From assembly GCA_028023455.1 (NCBI GenBank), contig JAQFVV010000005.1:15686001-15750000 (forward strand): a stretch of DNA of 64,000 nucleotides, given 5' to 3'. Under the pieces are notes generated by a model. The model was not told the origin of the DNA, ran no database searches, and was given only the letters and a program-made list of their open reading frames with translations. A program made the position numbers and the translations under genes. This DNA comes from Epiperipatus broadwayi (Eukaryota > Animalia > Onychophora). This document shows, piece after piece, positions 27,601-38,200 of the stretch (positions are counted from its first letter, which is position 1; every line of letters starts with the position of its first letter).

Positions 27601-30600
27601 TATTCTTAGTGTTCTATATTTGATAAACTGTAAAATTATTATACATAATCATTAAAATCATTAGAATTTCATCTAAATTAATATTTGAAACTGTAAGCTA
27701 GGGCTTGATTCATATAAAAAAAAAAATTGTTGTTAATAAAAAGTTTCAACTTTTTTGAGTATCACTGCTTGATTTTTTAACACATAACAAACCAAAGGTC
27801 AGATAACATTGGTCATCTTTTATCTGGTAAAACAGATTGGTATTGATATATATATCAAAAGATGAACTTATATTTACTAGTTCATTTAAATATTTATTGT
27901 GAATCTTGATTGTGAATTTTTTTAATAATGTGTTGAGACTTGTATAATATAAATATATTGTGTCTTTCTCTTAGTTTATTATTCCAATATTTATCTAACT
28001 TGTTCTATTGGGGGGGGGGGGGGGGTTGTAATGCATTAATGTGTATAATTTTTAAATTAAATTGTATCATAAGTATGTAATATATTATTTGGTAAAAACA
28101 TTTGAACTATATTTATTAAAAAGGTAAATTACATAAGGCACATTACTAGTTTTATTATCTGCATAAAAGTTTAAAACTTAAATGACCTATGATTCAGCAG
28201 ATTTACTATTATTTCTGACATAATAAAAAGAATTTATGTATATATTAAAAGACAGTTATTATAAATATCTACTTGATATTATAAATAAAGTGCTTGTAAA
28301 ATAAATTTGTGAAATCATGTCAATAAATGCAAAATGATGGTTTGTGTTATTTGGGAAGCTATGAATAGCACGGAATAATTTAAGAAATCTGGTTAGGTTG
28401 AATTTTCAATGGTTGCAAATATCTGTTTGAGATATAATTGCAGTTTCTAAATAAATATGTAGATAAATAGATAATTATGTAATTAATACATTGTATTGCT
28501 GTATTTTATAAAAGTATTATGAATGAGAGCTTTTAGGTTCTTGAAAGCTGACTATGAAAATAATATACATAACAACCAAATTCTGAGGTGTGAACCTCTG
28601 TGTGTTGACCTAATAAAGGGCTTAAGGGCTCTCATTCTTAATAAAAAAGATTTGTATATTTGATTTCTAATTATAATTATTGTTTTTATTTAGCATTAAT
28701 TTTGGAAGAGATTGCAATAGATAGCCATAACAAGGGCACAGAGTCTCGGCTTCTTCAAGAAGCCCAGGACTTGCACTTATCCGCCCTCGCTCTGGCCAAG
28801 CAAGCTTTTGGAGAGATGAATGTGCAAACAGCTAAACATTATGGAAATTTAGGAAGACTTTACCAATCCATGCATCGGTATAAGGTTTGTTGATTCAGAA
28901 ATATTTTTGTTTTGTGTTTTTAAAAAAGCTTAAGAATATAATTGTTGAAACTTATCAGATGTAAGTAAAATATTTAAGGATACAGCAGTTAACATATGAG
29001 CCAGCCATGCCCTTGAAACTAAGTCCAAATCTAAAGTTGAATTAGGATTTTTGTTGTAGATGAAGGTTAGCTATTTCATTATTGGTTAGTAAATGGAAAT
29101 CTAGCTATTCTTAGCTGGAAAATAAGATAAAGATTGAAGTTAGAAAGTGTCTGGTCAAAAAAAACATTTAGTTTTAAAATTGTAAACTTTCTAAAGAGAT
29201 ACTTAGGGCAACTGGTTGACCTAGATAAGTCTAAAACGTGACTATAAAATATGTATGTACAAATGTTTACCTGACTACATACACATGTATAAATTTATTT
29301 TTTTAGGAAGCAGAGGAAATGCACATAAGAGCTATTCAAATAAAAGAGAAGTTGTTAGGTCCTGAGGATTATGAAGTTGCACTTTCTGTTGGACACCTAG
29401 CTTCATTATATAATTACGACATGATGCAGTATGAGAAAGCCGAACAGCTTTACCTCAGGTCAATAGCAATAGGTATGCTATTTATTATAATACTACAGTT
29501 ATACAAAAAAATATATATAAATAAATAAATACAAATATATATATTTATTGCATACACACATACATATTTCTAGAATGTTACTTCTAACTATGCTCTTTTG
29601 TACTTCATGCATAGTTATAGATAAACTATGCCAATGGCTCTTGAAATGTATTTCAATCAACCAGGTTTCATCACCTTGGTCAAGTTTTATACTGTCCTTT
29701 AAGTGTCATCATGGACTACTGTTTTGTATTGTAAGGGTAGCTTACAATCTAGCCTTTGTCACTCTCACCATCAAATCAAGCTCATTTTTTTAAATGTTAA
29801 TTAATAGACGATTAAGCATATGTTTTCACTTATAAAGTCACTAAAACCATGCCTATATATAAGTGCAACAAATGTGTATTTTTAACTATATTGAGGAAGT
29901 ATCTAAATAAATGAATTTTACTTATCTATTAGAAAGATGAAAACCCCAATTAAAAAAATAATTGTACTAATATATATGTATGTAAACAATGATTTTTAAT
30001 GTCAGTGTATTGTACGTTATTTTAAAAAGACTTGGACTAAGTAAGCATGGTAATGACCTAATGTCAAACCAGTCACTAAGTAACCAAATATGGAAGATGA
30101 AAACATAATTCTACTATGTAATTTTGTTTTGTTATAATTAATGTAGTACATGTACCAATAAAGTTCACACAGCAATAGAAACATGAAATAAGATGTTGGT
30201 ATACTGGACAATGGAAGCTGAGGACAGTATAAAAACAAACATAATTTATTTCTATCATCTTTCTACTATTTTACATTAAGGCATAAGCTATATCATACAA
30301 CATCGGAAAATTGAATGTTCCAATCTTAAAGAAAATGGACGGCTTATTCAAACACTTCAAATTATTTGCTCGATTGTTGTAAAGCAAATTGCAAGAAACT
30401 GCGATCAATATTTAAACAAAAACAATTCTAATAAACTCAAGCATTTGGTTAAAGTAACAAAGCTGATTTTAAATAGACATTTATAAAAAAGAAAAAAAAA
30501 AGACCGCGCTATTCTTCAAATGCGAATAAAGAATGAATTAGAACATGATTAGAGTATTTATATATATTAACGATGGAATAATTCCGTTCTTATAAAAATC

Positions 30601-33600
30601 ATTTAACAACAAACTTTGGGTTAAAAAAATTTTAATTGTTTATTTGCTGAAAAACAATATTCTCCGGTTAATTCAGTAGTGTTATAGGGCTCAGTGTTAT
30701 CTACCCTGACCATGGGAAGCGTGATGGTTCAGTACTCAAGTGTGTAATGCCTACCGAAACATGGAATACTTTGTCTAAAACATCCAAATGGATACAGAAA
30801 GAACAACAACAAGAGATGAAGATAACGTCATTCTAAATGTCACTGAAGAGTCTCGAGGAATGCATGATCTATCATAGCAGCTTGACCGAAACAACGACAG
30901 ACTGTATCTGTTAGAGATATTACTAGCCTAATTCATAAACCTCATGCCAGTTATCATGAAGAAGTATTAATTTATTGTGTGATATATATATATTTTATTT
31001 ATGTATACGTTGGCATAATTTTATATTTTTTATTTCACTTCCGTATTTGGAAGCCAAGATTTCTGTAACTCAGAAGAGTCCATTGTAACTAAAATTGAGA
31101 AAATGTGGGGAAGAAGATTGTTAGATTAAATAATTTTTCTTTTTAAATAAAGTTCAGGTAACCCTCCCTCCATAATGACATGACATTCGGTATGATTTCT
31201 ATCAGAATCCTTACTGCAATATGGAATAAAGGTAAGATTTTATTTATTACCACTCCATATTATAAAACACATGCTTGCTACAGGACAGAGTTTATATTGT
31301 TTTGTTTTTTTTGTTGACTATTCAGTATGAATGACTAACATTCTTGCATGAATGGTCTTTTCTATTAAACTTGTACATAGTTGATGGGGGTCTTCCAAAG
31401 AGAGAAAAACGCTATAGTTGGAATTAAACTAAGAAACTACTGAATACATCTTTATATTTTTGTTAAATAGTTAGTTAGTTTCATAATCATTGTAAAATTG
31501 AATTAATGATTTTTTTTTTGCTTCTCGTTATTATTACCTATTTTGTCTATAATGAGTTTCTATTCATGTATGCCTATCATGGGAAGGGTTGGTGTAATGA
31601 GTATATTTAATTGTTAATATGATAGGAATACGTACTTGACACATACACATGTATATAATTTTTTTTTTTTTCTGCTAAAAGAGTTTTACAATTTTTATTT
31701 CATTTGTAAATAAACATTGTCAATTTGATCCTCATTAAATGGTCTCTAGTTTATCAAAGTTATTTATTCACCCGCTCATCAATTCACCACTTTAGATATG
31801 TGCATAATGTAATGAGTATATTTAATTGTTAATATGTAATACATATTTGTCACATACACACATATATATATATATTTTCTTCTGCTAAAAAAGTTTTTCA
31901 ATTTTTATTTTGTTTGCAAATAAACATTGTCAATTTGATCCTCATTAAATGGTCTGTAGTTTATCAAAGTTATTTATCTACCTGCTCGTCAATTCATCAC
32001 TGTACATATGTGCACTCACACACATCTTATTGTACATTATAATACAGTAATATGATTAAATGCATCTTTTACAAGATTGGAACCTATATAAAAGTACTAT
32101 AATTTATATCTAAGCTAAATTCATCGCTGAAAAGAGCTGATTGTAACATTCCCTCTGGGTTTGAATTCTGAGGCATGTGTGAAATCCGAAAGAGGGGTGA
32201 GGTATGGATGAACTAGCCTAAATTGTGTCTGAATTTAATGTGTAAACCTAGAGCTAGCCCATTGGAAGTAGGCATGATCATTGGTTAGTTATTTCATCGC
32301 GTCATCAGTCTGACCATAGTTAGATAATGTTCCCCCTCTTCTGGTGAAAAACCTGAACCGTCACAGTATGTTATATAAATTTAGCTATTAAAGCATATTT
32401 TTTAGCATGCTTTTATTCACAACAATTAAATGGGGCTAACAATAGTATTTTTGAAGTATAGAAGAATTTAATTAATTGTAGAAATATAAGTTTATGGCTC
32501 ATGATTACATGAAAGGTTAAAAAAGAATTTATCAGCACCTATATAAAAATTAATATATTTTTAAAATAAATTGCACTTGATTAAATTTAAAAATTTACAA
32601 TAGAAGTTACATTAAATGAAATTATTTTTAAAATAATAAAAAATGAGCACTATTTATTCTAATACATATTAAAGGTGATTGGTATTCTATCATAAGCATT
32701 TTTCCTGCTTGTAAAGAAAATATTATTTTGTTTAAACTTTCAATATACAGCTGAGCATGCTTTCAGCCTGGTTGGTAAAATTCATAGTGCTCATATTCAG
32801 CAGCTAAAGTTCATGATAACTGCATGCTAAGAAGTACATTTAATGAGATAAATTTATAATATATATATATATGTTTATATAAGTTGTTCAGCATGATGAA
32901 GACAAGCCTGCCACAATTTTTTTTAATCTTAAAAGAAAGGCTTTTTTTTTTTTAACTATATATCATTAATGGTCATTTGGATCAACATTCTTATTTGCAC
33001 TTTCAATTATTGTACAATTTAGTATAAATTATGAATCAATTTAAAATAGAGATGGTGAGCCCATTAAGCTATGGCAAAAATGCAATGACTCATCTCGTGC
33101 TCAGCCTTGGTTGCAGTCTTTATGTATGCCTTTGACATTCTTTGGTTACATAGTATAGTGTGTAATATCCACCTAATGAGCAGCATGATTAGTTATCAGT
33201 TGAAACAAAGTGACTATTAGAAAAACAGAAATTGTGTGCAATCTAAGAAAAAAGGTCTGATGAGATCCACAACTGCAAACCCTGGTGAAGCTTTTGTATC
33301 AAATGGCTTTGACATTTTCCTGCTTTGGGTATACAAAAAATCATAATTACTTTTAGCCATTTTTATTATTGGATGATTGATTTTTCTGAGCTACTTCTCT
33401 GTGAAGCCATAATTTAAAGCAGATCTAGTAGAGTATTGCATCTTATCAAATACTTGTACCCTCCAATAGTATTGTGCTTGATATTTTTTTTAAACTTTTC
33501 AGTAGAGACTGTGATTATTAATCAGCTGTGAAGTGTTTTTAATTAACAAAATAAGAATAGAAAAACCAATTAAATGATGCTTATTCAATAACATGGAATG

Positions 33601-36600
33601 ACTGTATGATTACTGTAATGGTATTATAGTCCATAATAATATGTAGAGGCATTGCATAGGTACTTGCATTGCAGTTTTTGGTGTGATTTTAACCTAATGA
33701 TCACAATTCTATACTTTAGTTTTCATTTTTGTTCTTAGATAGCAAATGTAATTAAAATAAATCTTGAAAGCACTAGTGTTTCATTATTACAAGAATTGTT
33801 TATATTAGTAAAGCAAAAGGGTAGATTTTTTTTTACTTCTAAAACTAATTTCTTTGTTTCATTAATATTTTTATTATTTTGAAAGATTTTTTTTTCTACT
33901 CATAAATATAATATATATTTTAGTTTTATAATTATATAGCATTTTTGAAAAGTTTAAACATTCAAGATAAGAAACAAGTATATTTTTTTGTGTTATGCTA
34001 GTAAAGACAGAAAAATGTTTTTTTTTTCAAAATAATTTCATTATTTTAAAATATTTTCATCATTTCTAAAGATGTTTTTAATAATAATTAATCCAAAAAT
34101 AATTTTATTTTGTCACAAACTTTAATCAAATTGAAGATTACATATATGAAAATTAGTTACAAAATTTAAGCCTCGATTTAGTTAATGTTCCATTAGACAA
34201 TAATTAAGATGAATAATAAAAGAAAACAAACTCCAATTAATTTTCAAAGTTGATGTATTAAAATGGATTATTTTAAGATTTAACAAGATTTTAAAATTTA
34301 AATAATAATGCTTGATGCTTATTTTGATTGGCTTCTGTATAATCAGCCATTATTCAGTAGAAAAATGTTAGGACAAAGACTGTGACTTGTCTGTATTTTT
34401 ATTGTTCTTTCCAAGCTGTTGATGTGAAATTTCAATGAGCATTCTCAACAGCAGAAAGACTGAGGAAGATCAAAATTGATTATAGCACTCATTGGGGTCA
34501 GCAATATTTGCTTTTCAATATGAGAAGACTGGTATAATGATAATTAAACAATACATTATTATTAATGTAAATGTTACAAGAGTTAATAAGTAGAAGGTGT
34601 CAATCATTTATCATTAGGCACCATGATCTCCATGATGATAAATGTTTAATGTTTTTTCATTTTCTTTCTCTGGTTTTGTCAGTTTTTTTGCAAGACAGAT
34701 GATTAAATACAGAGTTGATCTGCAAATTTTAATGTTGTCAGACCATAGTCTATGGATTCTTTCTCTTGTATCTTTGTGTAATTCAAAAGATTAATGGTTT
34801 TAGTTTTCAATCATCACATATTCAGAAGAACACTTGAAACTTCCATTTTTTGATCTTCCCATACCTATCATTGAATGTGCATATAAATAGTTATGTGAAG
34901 AATTGAGGAATTGATAAACACTAGAGTGAGGACAGTGCACATTGACTTCTGATTACTTATTGTTAATCCTTTCCATGATCTTTCTGGTTGATATCCAGAG
35001 TGGTACTGCCTGTCATATTTGGTTTGACATTACTTTTGTATGACTGTTTTGTTTGGTGTGGTGTTTAATGGTTTATATATATAGAAAACGAATCTTTTAT
35101 CATTTTTGTTCTAAGATGATAAATATAATCAAATGATAAGAATAGTTCTAAATGCAACTGCTCTAAACACATTTCAGTAAGAATATTCTATATTATGTTT
35201 GAAAAGATGAAATGGAAATTTTTATTTATTTTCAAAGTTATATTTTCTATTCAAAACATATTTTTTTAAGCATTAAAAATCCATGTGGTGAGACAGAAGA
35301 AAAGTTTTATTCTTATGTTGATAAAAGTTTAGAAATGTCTTTTATTTCTCAATATAATTTTAAAACTTTAAAGATTTCCTTATTTTTATTAGTTTTAAAA
35401 ATATTTAAATAATAATTATGCTAAAAAATAATTTAATTTTGTTACAAATTCTATTTAAATAGAAAGCTAGGTATGTAAAAAATTAATAATACGTTTAAGC
35501 CTCAATTTGATGATGCTTAGTTTTCTGCTAAAGGGTTAAGGCTGACAAATTATTGTACTGCAAACAAATTTTTAAACAAGCAAGCATCACATGATCACAT
35601 CTCCAATACTAGCACATAATTGTTTGTAAACAAAGCAAAACAAAACTCCATATAGTAGTGTCACCTGTGCTAAACAGAGTAATCAATGGATGCCAGAAGG
35701 CTTGTGCATAAAATCCCTATCTAATGCCTACGCATCCAATATCCCCAGACTAGTTTCTGGCTTGTGGCCTTCGTCAGTGAGGAGCTTTGGATCTGAGAGC
35801 ACTGCATCTAGATCTTAGGATCTAATGCAACCCTCTAGCAAACACCTTTTATCTCTACTTAACTACAAAACCATGAGCATGAAATTGAAAACACAAATAA
35901 TATTTTCAATCTAAGCTCAATAGCTTATATAGTCATATGGCATCCATTGATTACTCTGTTTAGCACAGGTGGCACTACTATATGGAGTTTTGCTTTGCTT
36001 TGTTTAAATTTTTAAACAATTAATTTGAATACTATTAATTTAGTATATATAATTAGCCAAAACAATAGTCATTTGAACTTATTTGCACAGCCATCTGCAG
36101 CCCATTAATTACTTACTGTTTATAAAGAATAGTTCTATACCGAGATAAAATAAATGCAGGATTAATGTGAATAATATAAAGCAACTAAATTACTGGCTAA
36201 ATGGAATGTTTAACATGATAATTTGGGTGCTCAGATAAGCAACAAATGCTAATTTTTTTACAGGAAGGGTCCATCAATGAATAATATAATTACAAAATAA
36301 AAAGTGAAGAAACATAATAGTACTACTCATGTTCATATAAATGCTTATAATTTCAGTTTATAACAGAATGTATATAACACAAAAACACTCAAAATCATAA
36401 TGATATTGTTGTAAGAAAAAAATAAACATCTTTTCAGTTCTGTAACCAAAGTCTTCAACTCTCAGCATGCAATTTGCTAAATGAAGCTCACATTAATAAT
36501 AATTATTATAAAATAGTGAGTGAAAAAATAATCCATAAAATATGAGCAAATAATCATCTGATGTGACTTTTTTCAGTGCTATTAATTTTAATTTAATAAG

Positions 36601-38200
36601 GGATATTGTTTAAATCATTCCTATTTATATTTTGTTATTATAAAATTCAACATGTTTATTTAATATTTAATGCAATGAAAGTAATTATCTAAATAAATCT
36701 AAATTTTCTTTTCATGCAAAAAGAGAGAGAGAGAGAGAAATGATTACCCATTCTGCCTTCCGTCAGATAGAGAATATTTAATTAATGTAAATGCTGTTAG
36801 AGGCAATTTTTATTAAGCATTTATTTTTAATTGAATCAAAATATATTTCTTATGCAACCGTTGTTTTTTACCATGTTTCTAAAATCAATGCTTTTCTCAT
36901 AAGATGCTTGCCGTGGCACTTTATTCTATTAGGTCTCAGATCATATCTAGTTGAAATAAAAAAAGGCTTTGGTTACGTGAATGGAACTTCTGTTCTCAGC
37001 ATCAACTCTGCTGCTCTAACATTACAGACAGTCCATTTTAAGATAAATAAATGTAATTGAAAACACAGTGAGGTCACTATATACACTGCCTCAAAAACCA
37101 TTGAGTCACTTATTCTCATTTTGAAAATAAAAAGTTTGAAGTAAGTAAAATGATAAAATTGTAGTTTTTTTTTTTAATTCACATTATATCTGCCGTGTAC
37201 TTTACATAATGATCACAAAATAGCACATCTTAATACAGAGAAATGTCTGTATTCTACATTGGCAAACAGTACTTAAAATGCACATAATAATTGAATATTT
37301 TTTGCATTTTATTATCATCAATTTTTATGACAAGAAAAATGAAAAAAAAAAGTTAGTGATTTATTTTCATTGATAATTTAATGTGTGTATGCCTTTTTTA
37401 AAAATATTATATATAACATTAAAATTATGTTGAATTCTTCTAGCGTTTTTTTTTAAAACTTTATCTAGCTTTGCAGATATGAATATTATCCTGATAAACA
37501 GCTTATAAAGGAATGTTTTAAAAAGACTTTATTCTTATATATATATGCATATGTATTTGTTAATTATTTTTGTTATTATCTTAACATAATTACTGTACCA
37601 CATAATTTTTAATTCTATCATAGATACACAGATTGAAAATGTTTGTATTTTATATTCAGTTTATTTACAGAGAGTATCAGATACTATGGATACAGGGTGC
37701 CACTGTCCACAGTTAAAGCCTAATATCAAATTGGATATGTTTTTATACCTATGAAGTTGATATCTGTTAGCAAAAATAATAATAATAACGATTTCTATAC
37801 CAGAACATGAATTTTTAAAGTAAAATCAAAATTATTATTATTATTTTTTTATTTCATAATATTTTAAATTTCACACTTGATATAAGTAATTAGTATACAA
37901 TCCAATCTTTATATGTAAAAAGTGGAAATTTATTCATGTATATTTGTATTTTTTTTATTAGGTAAAAAATTATTTGGTGAAGGCTATAGTGGATTGGAAT
38001 ATGATTATCGAGGATTGTTGCGAGTTTATAATACATTGGGGAATTATGAAAAGGCTGACGAATATACTCTTATTCTGCATCATTGGAAGCAGTTGCGAGA
38101 CCGCAGCGCCTCGGAAGAAGTCTCACCCCTTAAACAGAGCCATGAATTGCAGCCAACAGAAATAGTCATAAGCAAGTTTTTTGCAATGGTAACACAGTAA
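3639..38200 (+). CDS. APPBP2: APPBP2/PAT1 ortholog, 3' portion: join(3639..3671,12306..12373,14166..14271,20821..20945,21079..21164,28694..28884,29307..29472,37962..38200); 5' exons outside the window
   Basis: Eight AG/GT-bounded exons with compatible phases sum to 1014 nt (337 aa + TAA). The translation (..DTLRQAAKACVVKRQFKQAELLIKQAV..KHPKYSDALLDFGFYLLNVD..AHEDLAYTSYVHEYSSGKF..ILPEDHLLMASSKRVKALILEEIAIDSHN..VQTAKHYGNLGRLYQSM..EDYEVALSVGHLASLYNYDM..KKLFGEGYSGLEYDYRGL..) closely matches the C-terminal TPR half of vertebrate APPBP2 as I recall it. Confidence 0.95.
7001..9075 (-). mobile_element. Polyadenylated retroposed insert (GC-richer 3' half, possibly L1/Tx1-like; AT-rich unidentified 5' half) inside the RTE
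   Basis: On the minus strand AATAAA is followed by an A9 tail at 7001-7009. Flanked by a 15-bp duplication ATATTGC(T/C)GTAGACT at 6987-7001 and 9076-9090. The clade assignment is weak. Confidence 0.6.
9124..9492. repeat. ~155-bp inverted duplication of RTE sequence
   Basis: 9124-9280 is the near-exact reverse complement of 9336-9492. Confidence 0.9.
9731..9770 (-). ncRNA. Hammerhead-like motif (family C), stem I not recoverable, in a ~240-bp insert within the RTE
   Basis: Minus strand: CUGACGA-A-GACUG cuagua CAGUC-GAAAC-U-GUU followed by AAUAAA. Confidence 0.55.
10420..10673. repeat. 127-bp tandem duplication within the RTE endonuclease region
   Basis: The unit tacatttcaataatt...gtaccttta starts at 10431 and again at 10558, joined by poly-T. 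Confidence 0.93.
12306..12373 (+). CDS. APPBP2: APPBP2 exon (ACVVKRQFKQAELLIKQAVCLAR)
   Basis: tttAG|gca ... ag|GTAAT; 68 nt, phases 0/2. Confidence 0.93.
12628..12667 (-). ncRNA. Type I hammerhead motif B1 (core lesion CUCAUGA)
   Basis: CCUCA-CUCAUGA-GAGC cauua GUUC-GAAAC CG GUU-UGGAG. Confidence 0.7.
13518..13557 (+). ncRNA. Type I hammerhead motif B2 (cleavage triplet mutated to GUG)
   Basis: CCUCA-CUGAUGA-GAGC cauua GCUU-GAAAU CG GUG-UGGGG; stems I and II pair. Confidence 0.75.
14166..14271 (+). CDS. APPBP2: APPBP2 exon (EEFGPKHPKYSDALLDFGFYLLNVDLIGQSVQVYQ)
   Basis: ttttgcAG| ... cag|GTAAGT; 106 nt. Confidence 0.95.
14361..14831 (+). mobile_element. Internally deleted mariner-like DNA transposon remnant
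   Basis: 14540-14690 translates (with stops and a frameshift) to FYFKSGKTSAQTFEII..FK*FARF..RKCIEDN, resembling the mariner transposase HTH N-terminus. Termini are degenerate. Confidence 0.5.
15479..15668. repeat. 94-bp imperfect tandem duplication
   Basis: tgacaattcaagacactaactt at 15479 and 15573, each followed by ttgaaaaaggaatag..aaagaatt. Confidence 0.85.
15700..17200 (+). mobile_element. Ty3/Gypsy internal remnant: gag zinc knuckle, protease, integrase; RT/RNase H absent
   Basis: NCRQSAHLSKVC (15975-16010), IDSGA (16161-16175), KNWIKQG*P, ADRVLIP, WPDTNNDTE..KIC, WPETTKAWERVHLNYA..FLVAIDSSSK, THGYPEIIITDN (16850-17190). Confidence 0.85.
17700..18038 (+). mobile_element. RTE LINE 3' end fragment, opposite orientation to the other copies
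   Basis: ..W(A)GHIARRDDR..WIPR..RWIDEI.. ending CTGCAGTGGATTGATAATGG..(ATG)n, as at 5925-5960. Confidence 0.85.
19210..19340 (+). mobile_element. Old short interspersed repeat (possibly SINE); related copies at ~41855-41975 and ~42030-42150
   Basis: Shared degenerate block gtca-atgatttcc-tag..taa-tatttgat-att preceded by A/B-box-like sequence. Confidence 0.35.
19400..20580 (-). mobile_element. Highly decayed non-LTR retrotransposon remnant(s)
   Basis: C-terminal CCHC-type motif (C)..C..EIVEHLFMEC at 20294-20340; weak RT-like TAFIN*K at ~20130-20160. Confidence 0.35.
20821..20945 (+). CDS. APPBP2: APPBP2 exon (TALDIRQSVFGGNNLHVAVAHEDLAYTSYVHEYSSGKFTDAR)
   Basis: tttttAG| ... ag|GTAAT; 125 nt. 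Confidence 0.95.
21079..21164 (+). CDS. APPBP2: APPBP2 exon (DHAEKSMEIMSHILPEDHLLMASSKRVK)
   Basis: tttttAG| ... aaag|GTGAGT; 86 nt; follows a 133-nt intron. Confidence 0.95.
24292..24805. repeat. Minisatellite, 3 units of ~171-176 bp
   Basis: Units start aatgtttattaatctta at 24292, 24468 and 24639, and end aaagcaagacgtaat. Confidence 0.93.
24900..25392. repeat. Second minisatellite, ~4 diverged units of ~130-140 bp
   Basis: Recurrent cccgactaattt..gacagtaattaatcagaaagtgggttgtttttgtt at ~24909, 25040, 25176 and 25317. Confidence 0.85.
25394..26120 (+). mobile_element. CpG-retaining non-coding element with a Tc1/mariner-like left terminus; right TIR not found
   Basis: TA|CAGTATAGCAAAAGT resembles the Tc1 TIR pattern. 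Perfect hairpins at 25934-25959 and 26073-26103. Segments recur inverted at 24085-24140, 26850-26940 and 27785-27900. Confidence 0.35.
26221..26389. repeat. 70-bp-arm inverted repeat with a 28-nt loop holding half a hammerhead motif
   Basis: Arms 26221-26290 and 26319-26389 (about 4 differences). The loop contains acagtttcgact, identical to 9734-9745. Confidence 0.9.
26440..27900. repeat. Cluster of one unclassified repeat family in direct and inverted copies
   Basis: 26440-26560 is inverted relative to 26625-26750; 26630-26940 is direct with 27565-27900; another copy at 23990-24085. Confidence 0.75.
28694..28884 (+). CDS. APPBP2: APPBP2 exon (ALILEEIAIDSHN...GRLYQSMHRYK)
   Basis: ttatttAG| ... 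aag|GTTTGT; 191 nt; overlaps ORF 28660..28893. Confidence 0.96.
29307..29472 (+). CDS. APPBP2: APPBP2 exon (EAEEMHIRAIQIKEKLLG...LYLRSIAI)
   Basis: ttttttAG| ... atag|GTATGC; 166 nt; overlaps ORF 29319..29528. Confidence 0.96.
30838..30903 (+). ncRNA. Degenerate hammerhead-like motif with a long stem II
   Basis: UGUCA-CUGAAGA-GUC(UC)GAG..CUUGAC-C-GAAAC AAC GAC-AGAC; needs two A/U substitutions to be canonical (GUC|UGAC). Confidence 0.35.
31593..32014. repeat. ~215-bp tandem duplication
   Basis: tgtaatgagtatatttaattgttaatatg starts at 31593 and 31808; the unit includes gtcaatttgatcctcattaaatggtct. Confidence 0.92.
35580..36005. mobile_element. Hammerhead element subfamily A with an internal inversion and a duplicated 3' tail (~67-bp inverted repeats)
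   Basis: IR at ~35628-35695 and ~35938-36005; flanking duplication aaatttttaaacaa at 35566-35579 and 36006-36019; body nearly identical to 62243-62545. Confidence 0.88.
35742..35783 (-). ncRNA. Type I minimal hammerhead motif A1, core and GUC site intact
   Basis: UCCUCA-CUGACGA-A GGC cacaa GCC A-GAAAC UA GUC|UGGGGA; 6-bp stem I, palindromic CUAG stem III. Confidence 0.8.
37962..38200 (+). CDS. APPBP2: APPBP2 last coding exon (GKKLFGEGYSGLEYDYRG...FFAMVTQ*)
   Basis: ttattAG| acceptor at 37960-37961; stop TAA at 38198-38200. Confidence 0.96.

Noticed and set aside
32290-32310. CUGAUGA..GAAA on the minus strand
   Set aside because: Only 6 non-pairing nt for stem II; no stem I or III.
33170-33290. 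Two hammerhead-like cores (CUAAUGA..GAAAC; CUGAUGAG..)
   Set aside because: Too many lesions; stems incomplete.
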